Shown here: positions 11,210 through 19,026 of the stretch, in pieces
Numbering within the stretch: position 1 is the first letter of the stretch
How the letters are laid out: each line of letters begins with the position of its first letter
From: Candidatus Acidiferrales bacterium
GTDB taxonomy: Bacteria > Acidobacteriota > Terriglobia > Acidiferrales > UBA7541
Assembly (NCBI GenBank): GCA_050014395.1
Contig: JBEKDK010000004.1
Coordinates: 9,765-73,764 of the forward strand
DNA length: 64,000 bases
Reading direction: 5' to 3'
The notes under the pieces: generated by a model
Seen by the model: only the letters and a program-made list of their open reading frames with translations
The model's database searches: none
What the model was told of the DNA's origin: nothing
Translations under genes and position numbers: made by a program

Positions 11210-11343
11210 GGTGCTTAGGAAATAGTGTAGAACATTTCTGGCGGCGCTTGAATATTGTGCGTGCAGGGAGGGAGGGCCGCCCCGGGCGGAGAATCGAGCG
11301 TGTTCGATTCCCCGCCCCGAAGCGGAGATAGACTGCTATTGGT

Positions 11344-13143
11344 TTATGGCAGCGTGTAGCGCAAGTCCACGTAGACCATGAATAGGTGAGCATCGTGGGG
11401 TGCGCCGGTAGCGACGAACCACGGGGCGCGCGTTAGATACGACCCTTGAGTGATCAGCGAGACGGCACCATAGTTCGGGTTTTTGAAGAAGGTTTGAATT
11501 ACACCAATCGTCGCTTCCTGAATGGAGCGATTTTGGCTGTTCGGTCCGCCAGAGTACCCATAACCTTCAAGCTTGGTTGAGGTGCTGGCAGGATCCTGAT
11601 AGAAGGCACGTCCGAAGTAGTCTCCGCCATAGTATCCGTAGAGGAATGACTTCGGTGTGGCCTGCCATTCGAAGCCGGTGATCGTGGAACCGGCCTTCAA
11701 CGGGACGGGAAGAAACGAAGATGTGGTGGTGAGTTGCTGGACCACCAAATCCGGCCCCCCCGCTTCGAGGTACCGGCCGCCTCCATCGCTCCAGTAGCCC
11801 GTGCCGATCCAGTGGAAATTCTTCACGAGTTCGAGGTTCAAGTTCGCCTCGATTCCACCGCCCACCGACGAGTTCGTGACGCGACTTGTGCTGACGACGA
11901 CCGAACCGGGGGTCACCAACTTAAACTCACTCAGGAGGCCGGCGACATCGAAGTGCCACGCTGTATTGCCGACCTTCGGGTCGGCGGCGAGTTTGAAGAT
12001 GAAATCAGGCGCGACGTTGGGTGTCGGCGGGGTCGCAAGCATTCCTCCGCTGGTTGCGTCCACAGCGCCGGCCACTCCGCTAAACGCCGTCGGAGTTGTC
12101 GCCGCGCCGCCCAAGAACTGGTCGGGATTTTCGATTGAAAGGCCGATGGCCCAAGTGCTGTTGGGATGATAGACGAACCGAACTTGCGGCGCCCTCGTCC
12201 AAGTCAAGCCAACTTGGTAGTTCGTGTCCATGTCTTGTGAATAAAAGATGTCGCTGGGGTATGGTGACAATCCCTTTCTGTTTGGCGTCAGCATCGACCA
12301 ATCCTGCCCCGCGAGAAATTCGAACTTCCCCTTGCGGTAATCCGCGAAGTACACACGCATACGCAGGGAGTTCGAGTTGCTGGTGTTGTTGGCGTTTTGT
12401 GCGGTGAGGCCCAGGAAGTCGGCCTCAAGGTAGCCCGTGACGGTCGCGCTGCCTACGGGTGCGTCTACGCGCAAACCGATTCGCGAGTTCTGCGCGCTGA
12501 AACGGTCTTCGGTTAGCCCCGCGGCCGGCAAGCTGTTGTTGTACGGAACACCGGTGAAGCTGGTGCCGATGCCATTGCCGGTGCCCGTGGTGCGGAAGAC
12601 GTCCGTCAAGTCCATGAAGCCGAGCGGCGTGAATGTGGCGTCGCCGATCTTGAAGCTGAGCGGGCTGTGCTGCGGCGCGCCCGTATCGGCTGCCAACTTG
12701 GCCGATGACTTTGCCGTCCGCGTTGCCGCGGCCGTCGCGGCGGGTGGCGGCGGCGTGATGGCCATCGCCATAGCCGCCGGTGCGGACGCCGGTGCCGCTG
12801 CTGAAATGCTCGATGAAGGCGCCGGCTGTGCCGAGTTGCTGCTGCTGTTGTCGCCGAGCTTGGCCTTCATTTCCGCGAGTTCTTCTTGCTGCTTCTGAAT
12901 CTGTTCGGATTGCGATTGCACGAGAATCCGCATCTGATCAATCTCATCTTGCAAAACGGCGCTTGACGGCGCCGCACTCACCGGCGCGGTGGACGGTTGC
13001 GTAGTCGCCGCAGGCGTCCCGCCGCTGTTTGCCGTAGTTCCCGCCGAGCTACCCCCTGAATCTCCACCGCCGGGTCCGCCGGCATATGCCACCGGGGACA
13101 CGAGCACGCATAAGGACAACACCCAGACTGCAATGTTACGCAT
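11344..13143 (-). CDS. outer-membrane porin, probably phosphate-selective (OprO/OprP-like)
   Basis: Start set at ATG 13143 (AGGAGG 7 nt upstream) giving signal peptide MRNIAVWVLSLCVLVSPVAYA; low-complexity region and coiled coil, then a long beta-rich C-terminal domain; Pho-box array upstream. Confidence 0.55.
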   Translation of the reverse strand: MRNIAVWVLSLCVLVSPVAYAGGPGGGDSGGSSAGTTANSGGTPAATTQPSTAPVSAAPSSAVLQDEIDQMRILVQSQSEQIQKQQEELAEMKAKLGDNSSSNSAQPAPSSSISAAAPASAPAAMAMAITPPPPAATAAATRTAKSSAKLAADTGAPQHSPLSFKIGDATFTPLGFMDLTDVFRTTGTGNGIGTSFTGVPYNNSLPAAGLTEDRFSAQNSRIGLRVDAPVGSATVTGYLEADFLGLTAQNANNTSNSNSLRMRVYFADYRKGKFEFLAGQDWSMLTPNRKGLSPYPSDIFYSQDMDTNYQVGLTWTRAPQVRFVYHPNSTWAIGLSIENPDQFLGGAATTPTAFSGVAGAVDATSGGMLATPPTPNVAPDFIFKLAADPKVGNTAWHFDVAGLLSEFKLVTPGSVVVSTSRVTNSSVGGGIEANLNLELVKNFHWIGTGYWSDGGGRYLEAGGPDLVVQQLTTTSSFLPVPLKAGSTITGFEWQATPKSFLYGYYGGDYFGRAFYQDPASTSTKLEGYGYSGGPNSQNRSIQEATIGVIQTFFKNPNYGAVSLITQGSYLTRAPWFVATGAPHDAHLFMVYVDLRYTLP

Positions 13144-13212
13144 TCCATTTCCTCCTGGTTGAACGTGGCTGCACGACTGCTGCCAAAGCCTAGGCATGGG
13201 CCATTAAGCGTA

Positions 13213-13241
13213 TGTAAGAGGAATGTGAATCCTCTGTTACT
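13213..13241 (-). promoter_or_regulatory. putative Pho-box array (three 7-mers at 11-bp spacing) upstream of the porin gene
   Basis: Plus strand reads TGTAAGA-GGAA-TGTGAAT-CCTC-TGTTACT. The 7+4 nt periodicity and TGTxAxx repeats resemble PhoB sites and the pstS site at 15200. Confidence 0.5.
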
Positions 13242-13296
13242 GAATTTTGACCCCCGACTCCGGCCGCAGGTGCAGCTTCTTGCGATTTACAAAGCA

Positions 13297-13342
13297 CCCA
13301 AAAACAAAAAAAACCACCTGCCAGATCGTCTCTGGCGGTGGG
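13297..13342 (-). terminator. intrinsic terminator, near-identical to the sat-leader terminator
   Basis: Minus strand CCCACCGCCAG-agacgat-CTGGCAGGTGG followed by T9GT5; about 38 of 43 positions identical to 33521..33563. Confidence 0.75.
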
Positions 13343-13372
13343 TCACCGAAATCCACGGCTTCAGTTCGGCCG

Positions 13373-13468
13373 TTAGCTCCCTCGGATAGACTTCCCTCCG
13401 CCAGAAGACGCGTCAGCGCAATGCGCACGACAACAGGTGAGGATGGCAGTTTGAATCTCGATCGTCAC
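13373..13468 (-). CDS. candidate 31-aa leader-like sORF (VTIEIQTAILTCCRAHCADASSGGGKSIRGS)
   Basis: GTG start 8 nt after AAGGGGG; 3 Cys; 3' part (GCGTCTTCTGG, encoding ASSG) shared with the sat leader. Confidence 0.35.
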   Translation of the reverse strand: MTIEIQTAILTCCRAHCADASSGGGKSIRGS

Positions 13469-13583
13469 CGCGATAACCCCCTTTCGAGTGTGCTACTTCC
13501 CCGCTCGGCTCATATCCTGCGGCTGGCTTCTCCGTGCCGCAGAATCCCCTCGTCGACTGGGCTGTGGCACGGAAAGCCGGCGA

Positions 13584-14669
13584 CTAGTGGAGGAAGCGGC
13601 TCGAACCGAGCACCAGGCCCAGCGTCAGGCCGGCGATCACGATCTCTCCGACTGCTCCCACCAAAAACGGACGTAGACCTTGCTTGCGCAACTCGCCGAT
13701 GTTCGTGCGCAGGCCGACTCCGGCGAACGTCAGCAGGAAAGCCCAGCGCGAAAGATTCCCGAGGCTCGCGAGCTGCGGGCCGCTGAACACTTTGATCGTG
13801 GCCAGCGTCGAAATCAGCAGAAAGCCGAGCACGAACTTGGGGAATTTCTGCCATAGGAACGCCGCTTTGTTGCCCACGCCTGCGGTGTGTTGCTTGCGCG
13901 CCCAGTGAATGGCGTAGCCCAGCACCACGAAGCCGATCAGCGCGTTGCGCGCGGTCTTGGCCAGCACGGCAACCTTGCCCGCGGCGTCGGAATAGAGCGC
14001 GCCCGCTGCGGTGGCTTCCGCCGTGTTGTCAACGCCCAGGCCGGCCCAAATGCCGTAGCTGGTATCGCTCATGTGCAACGCGTGACCAATCAGGGGAAAC
14101 GTGAATAGCGCGACGGCACCGAGAGAGAGGATGGCGGCGATGGCGTAGGAGGAATCCTCTTCGTCGGCGTCGATGGCGCCTTGCGCCGCGATGATCGCGG
14201 AAACTCCGCAAATCGAAGAGCCGATCGCGAGCAAATCGGTAAGTTTCGGACTCAATTTAAAGGCTCTACCAAGCGCGGTCATGAAGAGCAGTGACACGGT
14301 AATCTCGATTGCCACCAGGATCAGGCTGACGCCGCCGAGCTTCGCGACATCACCGAGAATGAACCGCGAGCCCAACAGGACGATGCCCGCCTTGAGCCAG
14401 AATTCGTAGGTCGCCAGACCCGGCCGGAACGCGGCGGGGATGCCGACGGTGTTGGAAATTAGCAGGCCGATCAGAATGGCCCAAAGAACGTACTCGATAT
14501 TCGGCAGCGTTAGATGATGGGATTTGCCGTACACCGCGATCGCGTGCTCGATGTACTTGCCCGCCCATCCGACTGCAACGAGCAGGAGCAAGCCCGGCAA
14601 TAGGCGTATCGTGCGCTTGAAAAAATTGTCATGAACTTCTGCTGCTGGCAGAGCGACGGAGCTGGCCAT
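13584..14669 (-). CDS. YeiH/UPF0324 (PSE family) membrane transporter, 'putative sulfate exporter' type
   Basis: 361-aa polytopic protein with the glycine-rich helix pattern of the YeiH family; GAGGAG SD. Confidence 0.7.
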   Translation of the reverse strand: MASSVALPAAEVHDNFFKRTIRLLPGLLLLVAVGWAGKYIEHAIAVYGKSHHLTLPNIEYVLWAILIGLLISNTVGIPAAFRPGLATYEFWLKAGIVLLGSRFILGDVAKLGGVSLILVAIEITVSLLFMTALGRAFKLSPKLTDLLAIGSSICGVSAIIAAQGAIDADEEDSSYAIAAILSLGAVALFTFPLIGHALHMSDTSYGIWAGLGVDNTAEATAAGALYSDAAGKVAVLAKTARNALIGFVVLGYAIHWARKQHTAGVGNKAAFLWQKFPKFVLGFLLISTLATIKVFSGPQLASLGNLSRWAFLLTFAGVGLRTNIGELRKQGLRPFLVGAVGEIVIAGLTLGLVLGSSRFLH

Positions 14670-14715
14670 CGAATCATTCTCCTCAAAGAAACGAATTTTG
14701 TTTCGGAATCCAGCC

Positions 14716-14856
14716 TTACCAAGGAACTCGCTTGATCCAACCTAACCACACCAAGGCGGCAAGGCCGAGTGCCACTGCTACCGCCCACCAATCGAGCGAA
14801 ATACCAATGCCAGCGGCCTTTTTTGCCACGTTGGTGGTTTCGAATTTTTCGGACAC
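14716..14856 (-). CDS. 46-aa single-pass membrane peptide (MSEKFETTNVAKKAAGIGISLDWWAVAVALGLAALVWLGWIKRVPW)
   Basis: GTG start 7 nt after GGGAGGA; one hydrophobic helix; stops 46 nt before the YeiH-like start; below the ORF-track size cutoff. Confidence 0.55.
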   Translation of the reverse strand: MSEKFETTNVAKKAAGIGISLDWWAVAVALGLAALVWLGWIKRVPW

Positions 14857-14941
14857 GGTTCGATCCTCCCTTTGCTTTCTTTAGCTTTGCGACGAGATTG
14901 GTGCTGTGATCGATTTCCGGAGGCCGATTCGAGGGGCGCGC

Positions 14942-14983
14942 AAAAAAAAATGCCCGTCTATCGGCAGGAACCGATGATCGGGC
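14942..14983 (-). terminator. intrinsic terminator following the polycysteine sORF
   Basis: Minus strand GCCCGATCATCGG-ttcctg-CCGATAGACGGGC followed by A then U9. Confidence 0.8.
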
Positions 14984-15006
14984 GTTTTGTTCCGAACGCT
15001 AAATTC

Positions 15007-15102
15007 TTAGGAAGACATTCGGGTCGCACCCGCACACCGGCCGCTCGCCGTTCGACAACACGGCGCGCAACAACCGGTGCAACAGATGCGGCTCATCGAC
15101 AT
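15007..15102 (-). CDS. polycysteine leader sORF, 31 aa (MSMSRICCTGCCAPCCRTASGRCAGATRMSS)
   Basis: 7 Cys including three CC pairs; ATG lies 7 nt after a TAGGAT -10 element; stop 23 nt before a strong terminator. Confidence 0.6.
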   Translation of the reverse strand: MSMSRICCTGCCAPCCRTASGRCAGATRMSS

Positions 15103-15109
15103 TCGGCGA

Positions 15110-15138
15110 ATCCTACAGAGAGATCAAACGCGTGTCAA
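15110..15138 (-). promoter_or_regulatory. sigma70-type promoter TTGACA-17-TAGGAT driving the polycysteine sORF (probably leaderless)
   Basis: Minus strand TTGACA (15138-15133), 17-nt spacer, TAGGAT (15115-15110), then 7 nt to the ATG at 15102. Confidence 0.55.
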
Positions 15139-15199
15139 GCATCAAAAGACCAAATTCATTTTCTGCGCCTGTGGGTATTTCACCCCTATTTTTTCGGGT

Positions 15200-15217
15200 T
15201 GTAACACGAGTGTAACA
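15200..15217 (+). promoter_or_regulatory. putative Pho box upstream of pstS
   Basis: TGTAACA-CGAG-TGTAACA: two identical 7-mers separated by 4 nt (11-bp period), 43 nt upstream of the pstS ATG. Confidence 0.55.
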
Positions 15218-15259
15218 ATTCCGAGCAAGAATCAGCGGCGAGGAGATTCCCCACCTACC

Positions 15260-16276
15260 ATGAAAAAGATATTGCTCGCTCTCTCGCTCTGCCTGGGCAT
15301 CGCAGGAATGCTGGCGGCCGATAATCCGATCCAGCTCAATGCTGCAGGCGCGACGTTCCCCAACCCGATCTATTCGAAGTGGTTCGACGAATATCACAAA
15401 ATTAGCGGCAATGTGGAGATCAACTACCAGAGCATCGGTTCCGGCGGCGGAATTCGGCAATTGATCGCGCACACCGTGGACTTCGGCGCTTCCGACATGC
15501 CAATGACGGACCAACAATTGCAGCAGGCAGGTTTCAAGATTCTTCACTTCCCCACCGTATTGGGCGCGGCCGTGCCGAGCTACAACGTTCCGGGCGTGAC
15601 CACCGACTTGAAGTTCACGCAGAAGGCGCTGGCCGGAATTTACCTGGGCACGATCACCAAGTGGAACGATCCGGAAATCGCCAACGCCAATAAGGGCGTC
15701 AATCTTCCGGCGGCCGACATCGTGGTGATTCACCGCTCCGACGGCAGCGGCACATCCTTCATCTGGACCGATTTCCTCTCCAAGGCTAGCGCCGATTGGA
15801 AAAACAAAGTCGGAAGCAATTCGTCGGTGAATTGGCCGGTGGGATTGGGCGGCAAAGGCAATGAAGGCGTCGCCGGACTTCTGAAGCAGACGCCCGGTTC
15901 GATCGGCTACGTCGAATTGATCTACGCCGTGCAAAACAACATCGCCTACGGCGAAGTGCAAAACGCCAGCGGCACGTTCGTCAAAGCGAGCTTCGACAGC
16001 GTCAGCGCAGCGGCCGCCGGGGCGGCTAAAACCATGCCCGACGATTTCCGCGTCTCGATCACCAACGCGCCGGGCAAAACCGCGTATCCGATCTCCAGCT
16101 TCACATGGCTGCTGATTCCCGCGCAGATCCAGGACGCGGGCAAGCGCGATATCATCAAGGCCTTTCTCAAATGGATGCTCACCGATGGGCAAAAGGATTG
16201 CGCCGGTTTGTCGTACGCACCGCTGCCGGCTCCTATCGTAACCAAGGAACTGAAGGCTATTTCACTGATCCAGTAG
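15260..16276 (+). CDS. pstS: phosphate ABC transporter substrate-binding protein
   Basis: Signal peptide MKKILLALSLCLGIAGMLAA; GATFPNPIY, SIGSGGG and HRSDGSGTS motifs of PstS. Confidence 0.9.
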   Translation: MKKILLALSLCLGIAGMLAADNPIQLNAAGATFPNPIYSKWFDEYHKISGNVEINYQSIGSGGGIRQLIAHTVDFGASDMPMTDQQLQQAGFKILHFPTVLGAAVPSYNVPGVTTDLKFTQKALAGIYLGTITKWNDPEIANANKGVNLPAADIVVIHRSDGSGTSFIWTDFLSKASADWKNKVGSNSSVNWPVGLGGKGNEGVAGLLKQTPGSIGYVELIYAVQNNIAYGEVQNASGTFVKASFDSVSAAAAGAAKTMPDDFRVSITNAPGKTAYPISSFTWLLIPAQIQDAGKRDIIKAFLKWMLTDGQKDCAGLSYAPLPAPIVTKELKAISLIQ

Positions 16277-16315
16277 CGTTCGGCAAGATATCGGTTACTG
16301 GACCGAACACAAATC

Positions 16316-17305
16316 ATGGCAACGAGTGACACTTCTGTAGTCGTGCGGCCTGCGGGCTTCTGGAGCCCGCAGGCCGTGCTGCGTCGATTGCGCAGCGGCG
16401 ACGCCATCGCGCACATGGTGACGTTGGTGTTCGGGGCGCTGGTTCTGCTGATCACCGTGCTGCTGGTCGGACAATTGTGGACCCACTCGTCAGCGTCGCG
16501 CGCGGCGTTCGGATGGCATTTCCTGACGACGAGCGTATGGGACCCAGTCTTCGACAATTACGGCGCGCTGACTTTCATCTACGGCACTGTGGTGACGACG
16601 TTCCTGGCGCTTTTGATCGCCGTGCCGCTGGGCTTGGGCGCCGCGATTTTCCTTTCCGAACTTGCGCCGCCGAAACTTTCGGCCGGCCTCTCCTTTGTCG
16701 TCGATCTTTTGGCCGCGGTGCCGAGCGTGATCTACGGACTGCTGGCCATCTTCACACTTTTGCCTTTGCTTTCGACAACCGTCGAGCCTTTTCTGAAAAA
16801 GACGCTGGGCTTTCTGCCGCTGTTTCAGGGGCCGGCGTACGGCGTCGGCTTTCTGGCGGCCGGCTTGGTGCTGGCGATCATGATCGTGCCGTACATCGTA
16901 TCGGTATCGCGAGAAGTGCTGCTCTCCGTACCGGCCGATCAGCGCGAAGCGGCGCTGGGCCTGGGCGCGACGCGCTGGGAGACCACCTGGAGAGTTGTGG
17001 TGCCGTACGCGCGAATCGGAATTATGGGCTCGGTGTTCCTCTCGATGGCGCGCGCGCTGGGCGAAACGATGGCCGTGACGATGGTGATCGGCAACACGCC
17101 GAAAATTTCGGCGTCGCTGTTCGCTCCGGGTTACACGATCGCGGCGGTGATCGCCAACGAATTCACAGAAGCCACCGGCAATCTTTACCTGAGCGCGCTG
17201 ATCGAGCTCGGACTTGTGCTGTTCCTTCTGACGTTCATTCTGAATGGCCTGGCGCGGATCATGATGGCGGCCACCGAATCGCGCGGTGGCGGGATGCGCA
17301 CATGA
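16316..17305 (+). CDS. pstC: phosphate ABC transporter permease
   Basis: Polytopic; EAALGLGATRWET...ARALGETMAV EAA-loop region; position after pstS. Confidence 0.9.
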   Translation: MATSDTSVVVRPAGFWSPQAVLRRLRSGDAIAHMVTLVFGALVLLITVLLVGQLWTHSSASRAAFGWHFLTTSVWDPVFDNYGALTFIYGTVVTTFLALLIAVPLGLGAAIFLSELAPPKLSAGLSFVVDLLAAVPSVIYGLLAIFTLLPLLSTTVEPFLKKTLGFLPLFQGPAYGVGFLAAGLVLAIMIVPYIVSVSREVLLSVPADQREAALGLGATRWETTWRVVVPYARIGIMGSVFLSMARALGETMAVTMVIGNTPKISASLFAPGYTIAAVIANEFTEATGNLYLSALIELGLVLFLLTFILNGLARIMMAATESRGGGMRT

Positions 17306-18150
17306 GCTTCCGAACGCTTTGGCGCAAGTCGCTGAGCGCCGTGATGATGAGCCTCACCGGTTTGTGCGCGCTCATCACCGTGTCTGTGCTGGTCGTGGTG
17401 CTCGGCTATTTGGCGTGGAATGGCGCCACGGCAATACACTGGAGCTTCTTCACGAATCTGCCCGCGCCGGTGGGAGAAGAAGGCGGCGGAATTGCCAATG
17501 CGATTGTGGGCAGCGCGAAGCTGCTGCTACTGGCGGCGCTGCTGGGTGTGCCGGTCGGCCTGCTGGGCGCGGTGTATCTGGCGGAATACGCTTCGTCGAT
17601 TCCCGCGTTCCTGGTGCGCTATTCCGCCGATCTGCTGAACGGCGTGCCGTCTATCGTGATGGGCATTTTCGCGTACACCATCGTGGTGCTGCCGATGCAT
17701 CATTTTTCGGCGTTGGCCGGCGGGTTTGCGCTCGGCGTGATGATGATTCCGATCATCCTGCGGAGCTGCGAAGATTTTCTGCGCGCCGTGCCTAGATCGC
17801 TGCGCGAAGGGGCGATGGCCGTCGGCGCCAGCAAATGGAAAACGATTTTGACCGTGGTGGTCCCGGCGGCTTCGGGCGGAATCATGACGGCGATTCTTCT
17901 TGCGCTTTCGCGCGTCGCAGGAGAAACGGCACCGCTGCTGTTTACGGCGTTCGGAAATCGCTTCTGGAGTTCGGGCTGGAACGAACCTATTGCGTCTTTG
18001 CCCGTTGTCATTTATACCTACGCGATCTCTCCGTATGATGACTGGCATCGCCAAGCGTGGGCGGCGGGTTTGGTATTGCTGGGATTGGTCTTGGTCACCA
18101 ACGTCGTGGCGCGGACAGTGCTGGCGCGCCCCGCGGGTCAACGGAGATAA
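17302..18150 (+). CDS. pstA: phosphate ABC transporter permease
   Basis: ATG 17302 overlaps the pstC stop (ATGA); REGAMAVGASKWKT...RVAGETAPLL motif. Confidence 0.9.
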   Translation: MSFRTLWRKSLSAVMMSLTGLCALITVSVLVVVLGYLAWNGATAIHWSFFTNLPAPVGEEGGGIANAIVGSAKLLLLAALLGVPVGLLGAVYLAEYASSIPAFLVRYSADLLNGVPSIVMGIFAYTIVVLPMHHFSALAGGFALGVMMIPIILRSCEDFLRAVPRSLREGAMAVGASKWKTILTVVVPAASGGIMTAILLALSRVAGETAPLLFTAFGNRFWSSGWNEPIASLPVVIYTYAISPYDDWHRQAWAAGLVLLGLVLVTNVVARTVLARPAGQRR

Positions 18151-18156
18151 TCTCGA

Positions 18157-18990
18157 ATGGAAGCTTCTTCGGCGGTGCGCACGGCCGTGGCTAAGGAGAA
18201 ATCGGTGAGTAGCGTTTCGCTCGGGCCGCACCCGGCGCTTGCGAACTCCCCTGTCCGGGTGAAAGTTGAAGGCCTGAACTTTTACTACGGCAAGGCGCAA
18301 TCGCTGTTCAAAATCAATCTGGAAATCGCATCGAATCGCGTGACGGCGATGATCGGGCCTTCCGGCTGCGGTAAGTCCACGCTGCTGCGCACGCTCAATC
18401 GCATGCACGAAACGATCAGCCACACGCGCCTGGACGGCAAGATCCTGCTCGATGGAAACGACATCCTTTCGCAAGATGTGACGAGGTTGCGGCGCAAAGT
18501 CGGCATGGTTTTTCAGAAGCCGAACCCGTTTCCGAAATCCGTTTACGACAACGTGGCCTACGGCCTGCGCATCAACGGCTACGCCGGTTCGCTTCAGGAA
18601 CACGTTGAGCACAGCTTGCGCCGCGCCGCGCTGTGGGAGGAAGTGAAGGACCGCCTGCACAAATCGGCGTATTCGCTTTCGGGCGGGCAACAGCAGCGGC
18701 TGTGCATTGCGCGCGCGCTGGCGGTGGATCCGGAAGTGCTTCTGCTGGACGAGCCGTGTTCCGCGCTCGATCCGGTGAGCACGGCCAAGATCGAAGACTT
18801 GCTGATCGAATTGAAGCAAAACTGTACGATCGTGATCGTCACGCACAACATGCAGCAAGCCGCGCGCGTGAGCGATTTCACGGCGTTCATGCTGATGGGC
18901 GAGCTGATCGAATTCCAAGCAACGCCGCAGCTCTTCACCACGCCCAGCGATCCGCGCACTGAGGCTTACATCACCGGTCGCTTCGGATGA
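18157..18990 (+). CDS. pstB: phosphate ABC transporter ATP-binding protein
   Basis: Walker [10 protein letters not shown], signature LSGGQQQR, Walker B LLLDEP, PstB-type C-terminus YITGRFG. Confidence 0.92.
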   Translation: MEASSAVRTAVAKEKSVSSVSLGPHPALANSPVRVKVEGLNFYYGKAQSLFKINLEIASNRVTAMIGPSGCGKSTLLRTLNRMHETISHTRLDGKILLDGNDILSQDVTRLRRKVGMVFQKPNPFPKSVYDNVAYGLRINGYAGSLQEHVEHSLRRAALWEEVKDRLHKSAYSLSGGQQQRLCIARALAVDPEVLLLDEPCSALDPVSTAKIEDLLIELKQNCTIVIVTHNMQQAARVSDFTAFMLMGELIEFQATPQLFTTPSDPRTEAYITGRFG

Positions 18991-19026
18991 GGCTGACGAG
19001 AAAGGTTACAATACACCACTAAGAAT

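Noticed and set aside
11285-11316. tRNA-like GTTCGATTCC T-loop string / possible tRNA fragment or att site
   Set aside because: The flanks do not form a T-stem or acceptor stem. The sequence is simply one arm of a 13-bp hairpin downstream of the porin gene.
14759-14774. Sigma54-like TGGCACtcggcCTTGC on the minus strand
   Set aside because: The GG-to-GC spacing is one nt too long, and the site lies inside the 46-aa peptide coding sequence. Similar near-misses upstream of glnA (46836), glnB (44770) and at 13566 also fail the spacing rule.
17527-18918. 463-aa ORF on the minus strand across pstA/pstB
   Set aside because: It lies entirely antisense to two genes with unambiguous Pst motifs. Its Arg/His/Gln/Ala-rich composition is typical of open antisense frames in GC-rich DNA.
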